From the NCBI GenBank assembly GCA_951406725.2, contig OX597818.1:81034001-81098000 (forward strand): a stretch of DNA of 64,000 nucleotides. Reading direction: 5' to 3'. Shown piece by piece: positions 12,701-25,606 of the stretch. The notes beneath the pieces are model-generated. The model was not told the DNA's origin and did not search any database. It saw only the letters and a program-made list of their open reading frames with translations. A program made the position numbers and the translations under genes. Within the stretch, counting starts at the first letter, position 1. Each line of letters starts with the position of its first letter. This DNA comes from Octopus vulgaris. Lineage: Eukaryota.

Positions 12701-15367
12701 CTCTAAACAAATCATTTGTGAAGTTTGTTCAAGAAATTGCAGAAACCTCTTTCTCAGACTACAAAGGACTACCATCATTAAAAATGAAGGAACGGTAGTG
12801 GTGGTAGGTTTTAGCTGAATCGGTAGGGTACCAGAACAATATTTAGTAGTTTTCATTTCTTTACATTCTGAGTTCAAATCCTGTTGAGGGTGTGAGTATA
12901 CCTTTCATCTGTCCAGGGTCAATAATTTATAAACTGTATTTTCTAGTGTACAAGTCAATTTACTATATAGTGTAAACATGGAGTGTCAACATTCAAACAT
13001 CATTTCTATCTTTCTAAATCTTGTTGCATTTCACATGGAAATTTTGGTCTTCTGAAGTCATCTTGGTGTATAAGTTGACCTAGGCGTAAGAGTGGCTGTG
13101 TGGTAAGTAGCTTGCTTACCAACCAAATGGTTCCGGGTTCAGTCCTACTGGATGGCACCTTGGGCAAATGTCTTCTGCTATAGTCTTGGGCCGACCAAAG
13201 CCTTGTGAGTGGATTTGGTAGACGGAAACTGAAAGAAGCCCGTCATATATATGTATATATACGTATGTATGTGTGTATGTTTGTGTGTCTGTGTTTGTCC
13301 CCCCAATATCGCTTGACAACCGATGCTGGTGTGTTTACATCCCCGTAACTTAGCGGTTCAGCAAAAGAGACTGATAGAATAAGTACTAGGCTTACAAAGA
13401 ATATGTCCTGGGGTCGATTTACTTGACTAAAGGCGGTGCTCCAGCATGGCCACAGTCAAATAACTGAAACAAGTAAAGAGTAACGTTTTCTGTCTGTAAA
13501 GTTTGGTCTGAAAAATTTGACTTGTATGTCAGAAAATACAGTACCAGACTTGATTTAAACTTCCTCTTACAAAACTATGGAGCTATGATACATGATGACA
13601 GAGAGAAATATAAAGTATTGTTGTGTATTATTAGAACTGGATATTACACTCGGTAGAATATGAAATAACATGAGTTGTCTCTATAATGTCTTTTCTTTTT
13701 TAAGATGTTAGAGTGTAATTTGAGGGGGACTTAACTGCTATTTCTAAGCTGTACAGAAACTCCTCTGTCTTTACTATAGGGTTGTTTTCAAGTCCCAGGC
13801 TTTTTCTGATTGATCCTACTATGATCAAAGCGGTTCCAACCGTAACCATCCTGTCTGTTTTTTCCATTTTCATATCAACAACTAAACTCACATTCATATA
13901 TTTCTCTCTGTCATCATGTATCATATCTGTTTTATAGACATGAACATCTAGGGACTTCAGTGTCAAAATCTGAAGGTTGTTGAATTTCCTTGGAAAAGTG
14001 ATGGCAGTGATTTGCCATTGCTTTCTGCTACATTATTTACAGTTTACCCTTCTTGCACTCTGCTCTTCCAAGCTTACTCCTGAGGCACAGGACCCATTTA
14101 AACTTTAGGAAGTGGGACTGGTTCATGTACCATCAGAATACAGCTACATACTTTGTGACACATGTCATGGGTCCAGCTTGCCTCTGAAGCCCATAAACTT
14201 TAGTCACAAGACCATCTTCTACTATTTGACTTATAACAAGAGCCCTTAACAGCTAAGGTACTATCATCGTGGACCAGAGCAGAATTGGATGTAGTGATGA
14301 CTAAAATGTACGTTCATGCTCCCATGAAACTTCTGAACACCCAAGCTGGAGCCAACCAGTGGATGCAGTTTAACCCTTTTACTACGGAAAGCATATCCAC
14401 TCAAAATCTCATTACCGTTTACTGCAGAAAGCAGTTTTATATACCAATCTATCTTTTTTTTTGTGGCTGATGAATGTCATATTTGAAACTATTTTCTGTT
14501 GAGAATATGTCGAGTTTATTGAGGCAATGTGACTTGCAGAAAATACCAATTCTGTGTTTTGGTAAATATTTAATGTCATTACTGGAAGAACCATGAAATA
14601 TATTTGGCTATAAAAGACTAGAACAATTGTTAATATTTTCTTGTTCATTAAGGCCATAAGCTTGCAGAATGATAATCAAAATGCTTAGCAGTATTTCACC
14701 TGTCTTTATGTTCTGAGTTCAAATTCTGCTGAGGTCGACTTTGCCTTTCATCCTTTTTGGGGTTGATAAAATAAGTACCAGTTGAGAACTGGGGTCAATG
14801 TAATCAGTTCACCCCTACCCTGATCTTGCTAGCCTTGTATCAATAATATTGAAATCAATATTATCTTGTTCATTGAGGTGGTGAGCTGGCAGAATTGTAA
14901 GTACACTGGGCAAAATGCTCAATGGCATTTCGTCTGTCTTTACATTCTGAGTTCAAATTCTGCTGAGGTTGACTACCTTTTATCCTTTCAGGGTCAATAA
15001 ATAAGTACAAATTGAGCACTGGGGTCAAAATAATCGATTCACCCCACCCCTGATTTTACTGACCTTGTACCAAAATTTACAACTAATATTATCTTCATTA
15101 TTTACATTATCTACATTCAACGGATATTTGTTCTCATCTTGTTTGTTGTTAACACAGCGTTTCGGCTGATATAACCTTCAGTCTTCTTCGTGTGTCTTGG
15201 GGAAATTTCGAACCTGGGTTCTTATTTCTAAGGTATTTTTCGATGTTATTATTATTGTTATTGTTCAGGTCACTGCTTGGAATCGAACTTGGAATCTTGG
15301 GGTTAGTAGCCCGTGCTCTTAATCACTACACCATATGTAATATTATCTTTTTCATTTGTTTCTTTAG

Positions 15368-15454
15368 GCTATGACAGAAGAATGGAACTCACACAGTTTT
15401 CTGTTGGAGTGTGTGTGCAATATGTTAATCCTGGACCATAACCACTATGCCAAG
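15368..15454 (+). CDS. BAIAP2: IRSp53/BAIAP2-like exon E (IMD): AMTEEWNSHSFLLECVCNMLILDHNHYAK
   Basis: ctttag acceptor, gtaaac donor; 87 bp; aligns to ALTEERRRFCFLVEKQC...YHSK. Confidence 0.9.
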
Positions 15455-15598
15455 GTAAACAACCAAAATGTAATATTTGATCCTTCACTGAACCCTTTAT
15501 TGGCTACACTTAATCTTAACTCCTTCCAGTTAACACTCACGCGATCCCTAAAACCTTGTCTCTGGTCTTCCATTACACCTCTATGATTTATTGTCTTT

Positions 15599-16190
15599 AA
15601 CCTTTTGGCATTTCACCCTCTAGCGTTCAGATTACTTTATCAAATATAATGCTTATTTATTTACATTATTTTGAATTAATCATGCATTATTATCTTGAAG
15701 CTTTGAGATTTTGATAAAGTGACTGTTTATTTTTAAAATGTTTTAACAAGTAGAATATTTGGGCTAGATACAGACGGTTTAAATGCTAATGGATTAAACC
15801 AACCATATTCAGTTCAAATATTCCACCTGTTTTATGTTCAAACTGTCCATATCCAGCCTCTCACACCTACCCTACAATATCATTCTAAAAATAAGCAATC
15901 ACATCATTGAAATTTTACAGTTATTAGATAATTCATAAATAGTTCCAAACAATGTGAATAAATAAGAATTACATTTGGCAGAGTACTCTGAATGTTAAAG
16001 GATTAGACTGGCCATATCTAGACCAAATATTGTACCTGTTTTATGTTTAAACTGACCAGGTCAGGCCTCTCACACCTACCCTACCAATGTCAATCTAAAA
16101 ATAAACAATCACATCATTGAAATCTTAAAGGTACAAGATAGTGCATGATTAATTGAAAGAATTGTGAATAAATAGGCATTACATTCGACA
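15599..16190. mobile_element. Tandem copies of a ~210-bp TTAA/CCCTTTAGCATT-ended piggyBac-like MITE
   Basis: Diverged copies with ttaaccctttagcatt...aatgctaaagggttaa-type ends; also at about 76-835 and 6443-6635. Confidence 0.6.
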
Positions 16191-16897
16191 GTGATTGTCC
16201 ACTCAAAGACTAAGGCTGTTTCTCATGGATTAAATTTCTGGCAGCTGTGAGACAGGCCCTGTTTATCTAGGACCACACATACCTTTGGAGCTATCTACTT
16301 CAACAAAGATGGTGAGGTTAGGATAAATGCATTACATTTGACAGAGTAACTCTTAGTTAGGGTGACTGGTTTATGTGAAATCAATGCACAGCCATACATT
16401 GCCAGGGCTGTGTATTATGTCTAAAGGTCAGTCTTCTTTTGAAACTTGTTTGGCTCAACCAAAGGATGATCTTCTCCTTTTTGACCCATAACTACCCTGA
16501 TGTTTAGCCATCAAACCATGTAGCTAGAAATTTGTTGGAGTGATTATCTGCCTGTCTGTCTGTCTGTCTGTCTTATTTGCCATTAGTTTGTTTAATTATC
16601 TATCAGTCCCTCTGAATATCTAAACACCTGTCTGTTAATATGTCTGTCTCTGTGTCTGTCTGTCTGCCTGTCTCTGTGTGTTTGTCTGTCTGCTTCTTTA
16701 TCTAATTAGGCATCAGTCTGTCTAACTATCCATCCACTCATCCAGCCCTCTCCCTATCTGCCTCACATTGACTAAGTACCATTCTATTCATCCACCCATC
16801 TAAATTAATTCTCTCTCTCTCTCTCTCTCAATCCATTTTGTTTTACCCTGCTCCTGTTAGATACAGTACAACTGTATATTCCTCTGATAAATCTTTA

Positions 16898-17665
16898 GTG
16901 GAGATGCATGGCTTAGTGGTTAGGGTGTTGGACTCAAGATCGTAAGATTGTGCTTTCAATTCCTGGACCGGGCGACACATTGTGTTCTTGAGCACAACAC
17001 TTCATTTCACATTGCTCCAGTCCACACATCTAGCAAGAATGAATAATCCTGTGATGGATTGGCGTCCCATCCAGGTGGGAAATATATTCATCATGAAACC
17101 AAGAAACCAGCCCTTACGAGTCAGCATGACTTGAGAAAGAAACTTTATCTTTTGTGGAGGCATGTGGCTTAGTGGTTAGGGTGTCGAACTCATGATTGTA
17201 AGATTGTGGTTTTGTTTCCTGGACTGGGTGATGGTTTGTGTTCTTGAGCAAAACACTTCATTTGATGTTGCTTCAGTCCACTCGGCTGGCAAAAACGAAT
17301 AATACTGTGACTGACTGGCGTCCCATCCAGGTGAGGTATATATATATGCCATGAAACTGGGAAAGCAACCCTTATGAGTCAGTATGACTCGAGAAAGAAA
17401 CTTTACCATTGGTAGAGGCATGTGGCTTAGTGGTTACAGTGTTGGACTCATGATTGTAAGATTGTGGTTTCAATTCCTGGTCTGGGTGATGGGTTGTGTT
17501 CTTGAGCAAAACACTTCATCTCACGTTGCTCCAGTCTGCTCAGCTGACAAAAATGAGTAAATCTATGACAAACTGATGTCCTATCCAGGTGGAGAATGTA
17601 CGCACGATGAAACTGAGAAAACAGCCCTCACGAGTCAGTATGACTCAAAAAGGTAACTTTATCTA
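16898..17665 (+). mobile_element. Three head-to-tail copies of tRNA-derived SINE family C (~255 bp each)
   Basis: Each starts gtgg(a)ggc(g/a)..tggcttagtggttagggtgt with A/B-box-like motifs. Relatives at 38823-39125, 49922-50230, 58551-58850 (+) and 45855-46092, 56068-56362 (-). Confidence 0.82.
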
Positions 17666-17731
17666 ACTTAGTTATAACTCCTACTCTCCCTACAACCATG
17701 ACTACTACTCTTGTTATTTTTTTTCTTCCAG

Positions 17732-17827
17732 CTACACAGCATGATAGCACCAAACATTGAACAGTGGGCGCAGTTATATGCCAAGAATGAGACTATTCCA
17801 CCAAATATTCAGGATATGTTTATTACT
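17732..17827 (+). CDS. BAIAP2: IRSp53/BAIAP2-like exon F (end of IMD): LHSMIAPNIEQWAQLYAKNETIPPNIQDMFIT
   Basis: Strong pyrimidine tract + ccag, gtaagt donor; 96 bp; conserved W and IP as in KLPLWQQACADPSKIP. Confidence 0.88.
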
Positions 17828-17924
17828 GTAAGTTAGTGGAGTAGACATGGGGCCAACATGTTGGCTCCATGAACCTTTCTGTTCGTTTTGTTTACTCGTT
17901 GTTGTCATAGTTGTAGTGATCGGT

Positions 17925-18480
17925 GTTGTTAGATGTTGTTGCAGTTGATGATGATTATGATGATGATGATAGCGATGTTGATGGTGATGTTGATGATGGT
18001 GATGGTACTCATGAGGATGACGACGATGATGATGATGATGATGATAGCGATATTGATGGTGATGTTGATGATGGTGATGGTACTCATGAGAATGACGATG
18101 ATGATGATGATCGTCATGATGATGATGATAGTGATGATGACAATTGTGGTGTTGTTGATGACGACAGTGATGATGATGATAGTAATGTTGATGATAGTGA
18201 TGATGATAATAATGATAGTGATGTTTATGATGATGATGGTTGTGATGTGTGATGGTTGTGATGTAGATGATGATGATAGTGATGTTGATGCTGCTGATGA
18301 CAGCGATGATGATGATGATGATGATGATGACTGAAGATTGTGATGATGATGATATTATTGATGATAGTGATGATGATGATAATGGTGATAATGATGATAC
18401 TGTCATAATTGCTATCGTTGATGTTGATCGCAATGTTGTTGATATTGTTCCTGTAGTAGCAGCAGCTGTTGTTGTTATTG
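17925..18480. repeat. Degenerate (GAT)n/(GTT)n trinucleotide tract
   Basis: Read directly; intronic, between exons F and G. Confidence 0.9.
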
Positions 18481-18524
18481 TTGTTCCCTGTGTATATTTG
18501 TTTCCCCTGTTACATTATATTTAG

Positions 18525-18666
18525 GGAGCTGATCTACATAACTACACAGACACAGAAAACGACGAGATGATTAAACTAGGCACACTCTATAATGAGAGCA
18601 AAATAACATCTTTTCCCATACAAAGATCACCTGATATTAACGAACCAGTTTTTACAAAACGTCCAG
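18525..18666 (+). CDS. BAIAP2: IRSp53/BAIAP2-like exon G (linker): GADLHNYTDTENDEMIKLGTLYNESKITSFPIQRSPDINEPVFTKRP(G)
   Basis: tttag acceptor, CAG|gtaagt donor; 142 bp, open, phase 0 to 1, which fits the next exon. Confidence 0.8.
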
Positions 18667-20631
18667 GTAAGTTTTGAATTTAGTTTCACAATCTTCAGAC
18701 AAATTGTTCATGTTGTGGTTGCTGTAGGCATTGTTGTTGTTGTTGTGAGTATTGTGATTGTCGTTATTGTTACGAAGGAAAAATATTCTGATAATATTGG
18801 GAGGAGTAGCTGTATGGTAAGTAGCTTGCTTACCAACCACATGGTTCCAGGTTCAGTCCCACTGTGTGGTACCTTGGGCAAGTGTCTTCTACTATAGCCT
18901 CGGGCCGACCAAAGCCTTGTGGGTGGATTTGGTAGATGGAAACTGAAAGAAGCCTGTCGTATATATGTATATATATGTATATGTATGTGTGTGTGTATAT
19001 GTTTGTATGTCTGTGTCTGTTCCCCAACATCACTTTACAACCGAATCTGGTGTGTTTATGTCCCCATAACTTAACAGTTCGGCAAAAGAGACCGATAAAA
19101 TAAGTACTAGGCTTACAAAGAATAAGTCCTGGGGTCGATTTGCTCAACTAAAGGCAGTGTTCAAGCATGGCCACTGTCAAATGACTGAAACAAGTAAAAG
19201 TAAAAAAATAAAGTGATAAATTTAATTTTAAATGGTACTTCTCGAAATTGAAATACTGTTCTCTAGTTCTACAAAAGAAAACCAATAATTTATCAATAAT
19301 TAATTCTAGTGCTCATTGATTACATGACCGATATAAAGCACGCTGCACATTTTATTTTGCATGCTTTTTACTGTGAGGGGAACTATATAAACTCGTTAGT
19401 GAACACTTGAGGAGAGTTGGTGATGTGAATTGTCAGGGTGAAGTTGGCAATGAAGACAGTGAGAGAAAAGATGTGACATGACCAGTCTAAGTGAATCAGG
19501 CAATGAAGAACCACATTACACAAGACATCCAGCTGGGTACGACTACTTCTTTCACAAGTTGGCTTGCTGGGCTGGCCTGCAGTTCTCTCAAGCTGCTGAC
19601 TTGGCTGTTGGAGCTGTGTTTTATGTGAGGAGGCTGCATTTTGCAACATTATTGTTGTTGATGTGATTTTTGTTATTGCGATTGTTTGTTTTTTTGAGTG
19701 TTGCTATTACGAGTATTCTTGTTAAGGTGGTGAGCTGGTAGATTTGTTAGCACGCTGGGCAAAATGCTTAGCGGTATTTCGTCTGCCGCTATGTTCTGAG
19801 TTCAAATTCCGCCGAGGTTGACTTTACCTTTCATCCTTTCGGGGTCGATAAAAATTGGTACCAGTTACGCACTGGGGTCGATGTAATCGACTTAATCCGT
19901 TTGTCAGTCCTTGTTTGTCCCCTCTATGTTCAACCCCTTGTGGGTAGTAAAGAAATAGGTATTTCATCTTTTGCTACAATCTGAGTTCAATTCTGCTGAG
20001 ATCGACTTTGCCTGTCATTCTTTCGGGGTTGATGAAATAAGTACCAGTTATTCACTGGAGTCAATGTAATCAACTAGCCTTTCCCCCCCAAAAAAAAAAT
20101 TTTCAAGGCCTTGTGCCTAGAGTAGAAATAATTATGTTTGTTGTTGTTATCATTTTTATTGTTGTTGATGTGCTTGTTGTTGTGGTGCCGGTGACACATA
20201 AAAGGTACCTGCTACACTTTTGGAGTGGTTGGCATTAGGGAGGCCATCCAGCCATAGAAACCAAGTCAAAATCAGGCTGGAACCTGGTATAGCTTTCAGC
20301 TTCCTAGTTCCAGTTGAACCTTCATGGAAAGTGGATGCTAAATGATGGTGGTTGTTGAGATTGTTGTTGTGTTGTTGTTGTGATTGTCTTTGTCCTTCCA
20401 GTTGTGGTTCACAGAATCTTTCTTTCCCCCACTCACATGTATACGTGCCATTTCTCACACACTCATTCCCTCATCACACACACACACACACACACACAAA
20501 TGCTCCCTTTCTCTTCCTCACATCATACTCGCTTTCCTCACTCACTCTCCCTCACCAACATACTCTCTACTTCTCTCTCCCTCCCTCCCTTCTTCTTCCT
20601 CACTCACTCACTCACTCTCTCTATGCACTAG

Positions 20632-20818
20632 GCAATATAGTATATTCAAAGAACTCAGGCAAACCAGTACCTGACGAAGTGAAGGCATATGTACAAGCCA
20701 TGCACCGTCATGAAGCTACAAGTGACTCCCAACTGAGTTTTCAAGAGAATGACACAATACAGTTGGTTGGAGAAAAGTCAGAAGGCTGGCACTATGGTTT
20801 CAACCTCAATAGCAAAAA
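20632..20818 (+). CDS. BAIAP2: IRSp53/BAIAP2-like exon H (SH3 N-part): NIVYSKNSGKPVPDEVKAYVQAMHRHEATSDSQLSFQENDTIQLVGEKSEGWHYGFNLNSK(K)
   Basis: ctag acceptor after a long pyrimidine tract, gtaagt donor; 187 bp, phase 1 to 2; SH3 motifs LSF.E.D.I and GWHYG, as in the IRSp53 SH3. Confidence 0.93.
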
Positions 20819-21117
20819 GTAAGTTCTTTTATTTTTATTCATTCATGACTACAATGCATTGTCTAGGAGAAAGAGTTATATAAGTGAAGGAAGAGGAGAG
20901 AAAATAGTAATTCAGTGAAGGAGAAGTAGTGAGAGTAATAGCCGTGACTGAGAGAAAGTAATAGCAATGAGAGAAAGGAAGTGGCAAAGAGCGTGTCGTG
21001 TATCTTCTGTTTTTTCTTCGTCACAACATATGAATGTGAAAGGAAGGGGTGATAGATGAATAATGAAGGAAGGGTGAAAAAGAATTAGTATTTCAACTCT
21101 GTGTGAGTATACGTGTG

Positions 21118-21146
21118 TATATGTAAAAGGGAGGTATATGAATGTT

Positions 21147-21189
<43 letters not shown>

Positions 21190-21674
21190 AATGGAAATGG
21201 GATGGTGAACGTTTAATGCTGAAAAGAAAACTCAAACAGAAACTGAAAGAAGCCTGTCTTCTACTTAGTTAGGAAGAGCATACTTTTTGGCAGCATCAGA
21301 TGTTCATTAAGCTGAAGAATAGTATAATCAGTGTGTATGTGTGTGTGGTCTTTATATTGTCTTAGATTATAAGAGGGCTTCTTAAGTTCCATGCATTTGT
21401 ATGTTATTTGAGGTTTTCATTTGTAACTTTATCATGATTATTATTATTGTTGTTATTACATATTATTGTTATTACATATAAGATGGCAACATGGCAGAAT
21501 CCTTAGCATGCCAGGTAAAATGCTTAGTGGCATTTCATCTGTCTTTACATTCTAAGTTCAAATTCCTCTGAGGATTAATTGATTTAATCCCTCCTCCAAA
21601 ATTTCAGGCTTTGTGCCTATAGTAGAAAGTATCGTTATTATTATTATAAGTATTATTATTATAAGTATTATTAT

Positions 21675-21714
<40 letters not shown>

Positions 21715-21740
21715 AATGTTGTTATTATTATAGTATAGTA

Positions 21741-21783
<43 letters not shown>

Positions 21784-21975
21784 CATAATTATTATTATTA
21801 AGGTGGAGAGCTGGCAGAATTGTTAGCATGCAGAGCAAAATGCTTACCGGTATTTAGCCTGTTGCTATGTTCTGAATTCGAATTTGACTGAGTTTGACTT
21901 TGCCTTTCATCCTTTTGGGGTCGATAAAATAAGTAGCAGTTGAACACTGGGGGATGCTGTAATCAATTCATCCCC
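21118..21975 (+). repeat. Near-identical chimeric duplicate of 21978-22313 joined to 23617-24195
   Basis: Sequence identity by eye; differs only in microsatellite lengths and one ~27-bp indel. Confidence 0.88.
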
Positions 21976-22005
21976 ATATATGTAAAAGGGAGGTATATGA
22001 ATGTT

Positions 22006-22068
<63 letters not shown>

Positions 22069-22565
22069 AATGGAAATGGGATGGTGAACGTTTAATGCTG
22101 AAAAGAAAACTCAAACAGAAACTGAAAGAAGCCTGTCTTCTACTTAAGTTTCAAGCAAATATACATTGATTTTAGTTAGGAAGAGCATACTTTTTGGCAG
22201 CATCAGATGTTCATTAAGCTGAAGAATAGTATAATCAGTGTGTATGTGTGTGTGGTCTTTATATTGTCTTAGATTATAAGAGGGCTTCTTAAGTTCCATG
22301 CATTTGTATGTTGATTTTACTCAAGAAGAGCACAGTTTTTGATGGCAACAACTATTCATCAAGCTCAAGAACAATACAGTAGAATGTATATACTTCTGCA
22401 TGTGTGTATGTAGACATACGTACATACATGCATTCATACATACATACATACATACATACATACATACATACATACATACATTTGTATATACGTACATACA
22501 TATAGATATACATACACATGTATATATTAATAGATGTGTGTATTTTTCCCTTGTTAACAATTAAC

Positions 22566-22612
<47 letters not shown>

Positions 22613-22853
22613 AAAAAATATATATAAAAATACAAAATGGGACAAGAACGCAAAACACTCAAATAGGCGACACAAAAAATGGACGGGTCATTCGAAGCCT
22701 CTAATCTTCAGTCAAGAACCGGATCATCCTCGCAATTTCGGCTGATTAATCTTGAGATCGCCTATTTGAGTGTTTTGCGTTCTTGTCCCATTTTGTATTT
22801 TTATATATATTTTTTATACATATATTATTGCGGCATAACGTACACCTTGTTCT

Positions 22854-22904
<51 letters not shown>

Positions 22905-23284
22905 CTTTTTTTCTAAAAATCCCCTTGTAAACACAGTTATAGAGTGTGCATACCGATGTAAGCATTGGCAGAAATAAACCTTTAGTTCATAAAAGTAATA
23001 TCTATCATTATATATAAGTTAAACATTAATTTTCTTCTTACATTTCACATTCACTAGATATATCTTTTTCCAAGTCAATATGGTTTTATTTAATTTACAT
23101 ATCATTATATACTTCTCATTTATTTGTTTTTTTTCTTTCCTTTACCACTTCCCTTTCTATAGGCTACCTTTGATGTTATAACCTCTAATGTTTTTTTTAA
23201 AACAAACTTAATAGCGTTCAGTTAATCACTATACATATCCATCATATTCTGTTAAAATGTCTTATTGACAAGTTTCATTTCTTC

Positions 23285-23373
23285 ATTTCCCTGAAGAGAA
23301 GATTACATTGTTTTACACCATTTTATTCCTTTGAAATAATACCAGTGATATCTTCGAAACATGTGTCGGAAGT
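23285..23373 (+). ncRNA. Type-I hammerhead motif with intact core and extended stem II
   Basis: ATTTCC-CTGAAGA-GAAGAT...ATCTTC-GAAAC-ATGT-GTC-GGAAGT; palindromic ACATGT stem III. Confidence 0.75.
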
Positions 23374-23471
23374 AAAAGAATTAGAATAACGCCTGCGTTT
23401 AACTCATTTTATTTATTTATACATGTATATGTATATATATGTATATTTATAATATATTTCTTTTGTTACAG

Positions 23472-23537
23472 GTATGGCTGGTTACCTTTGTCTTTTACAA
23501 AACCTATTACATCTGATTTGGGACCGCAGAAAATGAG
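23472..23537 (+). CDS. BAIAP2: IRSp53/BAIAP2-like exon I (SH3 C-part): (K)YGWLPLSFTKPITSDLGPQKM(S)
   Basis: tacag acceptor, AG|gtacat donor; 66 bp, phase 2/2; GWLPLSFT corresponds to GWFPFSYT. Confidence 0.92.
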
Positions 23538-23887
23538 GTACATACACCACCACCAAACTGTTTTCCTTTTATTCCTTCCCATTCATCCTTTTTATGTCTT
23601 TTCATTTATTTCTTGGTTATTTGAGGTTTTCATTTGTAACTTTATCATGATTATTATTATTGTTGTTATTACATATTATTGTTATTACATATAAGATGGC
23701 AACATGGCAGAATCCTTAGCATGCCAGGTAAAATGCTTAGTGGCATTTCATCTGTCTTTACATTCTAAGTTCAAATTCCTCTGAGGATTAATTGATTTAA
23801 TCCCTCCTCCAAAATTTCAGGCTTTGTGCCTATAGTAGAAAGTATCGTTATTATTATTATAAGTATTATTATTATAAGTATTATTAT

Positions 23888-23936
<49 letters not shown>

Positions 23937-23962
23937 AATGTTGTTATTATTATAGTATAGTA

Positions 23963-24002
<40 letters not shown>

Positions 24003-24449
24003 CATAATTATTATTATTAAGGTGGAGAGCTGGCAGAATTGTTAGCATGCAGAGCAAAATGCTTACCGGTATTTAGCCTGTTGCTATGTTCTGAATTCGA
24101 ATTTGACTGAGTTTGACTTTGCCTTTCATCCTTTTGGGGTCGATAAAATAAGTAGCAGTTGAACACTGGGGGATGCTGTAATCAATTCATCCCCACCTCC
24201 CCCAAGCTGCCTTTATGGCAAAAATTTGAAATAATAATAATAATAATTATTATTATTTTCTCTCTGATTTTTCTATCCAATAATTTTAAAAAGAGAAAGG
24301 TATGTGTACGTATGTTTTTGGCCTGTATAAGACAATTAATGAATGTGTGACAGAGATATACTCTGTTATTTCTGTGTATGTGAGTGTGTGTGTGTGTAGA
24401 TAGATAGAGAAATGATAGAAAATGGGATGAATAAGTCTTTATTTAAAAT

Positions 24450-24551
24450 CACTACAATTGTTTCAATGCATTTTTGCACACATAATACATTGGTGAATTG
24501 TAGTTTTATCTTTATCATATATCAAAGGTGTAAATTGCACCTCCTCAGGCA
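24450..24551 (-). ncRNA. Type-I hammerhead motif (same family as 4425-4500)
   Basis: Reverse complement: CTGAGGA-GGTGCA...TGCATT-GAAAC-AATT-GTA-GTG; weak stem I; partial inverted copy at 24605-24660. Confidence 0.5.
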
Positions 24552-24660
24552 GTTGTTTAAATAGGTCCTTTGCAACATCTTACACCCCGGGTGCATAGTA
24601 ATGGTTGCACAACATCTCACCAATGTAAAATGGATGTTGAAACAATTGTAGTGATTTTAA

Positions 24661-24880
24661 CCCTTTCGTTACTGTATTTATTTCGAGATGCCCTGTGTTT
24701 CTTTCAATTACCTTAAATATAACAAAGAATTTAGTAAAATAACTTAGTTATCATCTAGCTACTGTTAGGAACATAAATTGTGACTAAGGTTTGGTGGAAG
24801 ATTATAATTCAAAACTTATGGAAACAAGATATTTGTACTCACATCCAGAGTCGGTTTCAGCCGGGTTGGTAACAAAAGGG
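24661..24880. mobile_element. 220-bp piggyBac-type MITE
   Basis: TTAA on both sides; TIRs CCCTTTCGTTAC / GTAACAAAAGGG. Confidence 0.88.
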
Positions 24881-25237
24881 TTAAATGAAGAGTGTTGTTC
24901 ATTTGATTTTCTATCATTTATCTGTTTATATAAACTCTATGGATGCTATGATGTATAAATGTATGTCTAGTAGTAGGAGCATTTCCACTGTATGATAACA
25001 TCAGATAGCCAATAACTGTGGATGGGCTTTGTATAGCATTCTCCAAGGTTTTTACTTAAATTCTATTTAATAGTACATATCATCATCATCATTCAGTGTT
25101 TTAAATGTAGGTTTTGTTCTCATTAACGGGGGTGGCCCGATCTACCGCAATGCCATAGCAACTGCCTTCACACCATCTCGCCTGGTTTTTGGGCATCCTC
25201 CTTTTTCTAACCAACCCTCCCACACACATATAATGTG

Positions 25238-25268
<31 letters not shown>

Positions 25269-25467
25269 CTGTGTACACACACCTTTTGGTGTGCCATCTG
25301 CATTATATAAATATATATATGTGTGTGTGTATATAGACACACATACACTCACTAACTACCATCATCACCACACCTGCCACTTCCACCACCATGATCCCTC
25401 TATAGCTGCTACTGGCACCTAACAACCACCACCACCACCTAATGCAAGCTTTTCTTCTGTTTTCCAG

Positions 25468-25606
25468 TTCCCTTGATGACCAACAGCTTTCCAATCGTGT
25501 AAAAAGTACAGGAGATTTATTAAAGAGCCACGAGAGCCCTTTAAATGTGCCACACAGACGTTCTTCCATCACCAATAATAGCTTCAATGATGGCTCAAAT
25601 TCTTTG
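25468..25606 (+). CDS. BAIAP2: IRSp53/BAIAP2-like exon J: SLDDQQLSNRVKSTGDLLKSHESPLNVPHRRSSITNNSFNDGSNSL
   Basis: ttccag acceptor, gtaggt donor; 139 bp, phase 2 to 0; KSTGDLL resembles the post-SH3 SSTGNLL motif. Confidence 0.85.

Noticed and set aside
17774-18433. Poly-His, poly-Asp and poly-Met ORFs
   Set aside because: Frames of an intronic (GAT)n tract; no splice or homology support.
19385-19540. Possible internal first exon (TATA-like tatataa, then MTSLSESGNEEPHYTRHPAG)
   Set aside because: The only nearby donor (GG|gtacga) is phase 2, while the SH3 exon needs phase 1; cannot be supported without RNA data.
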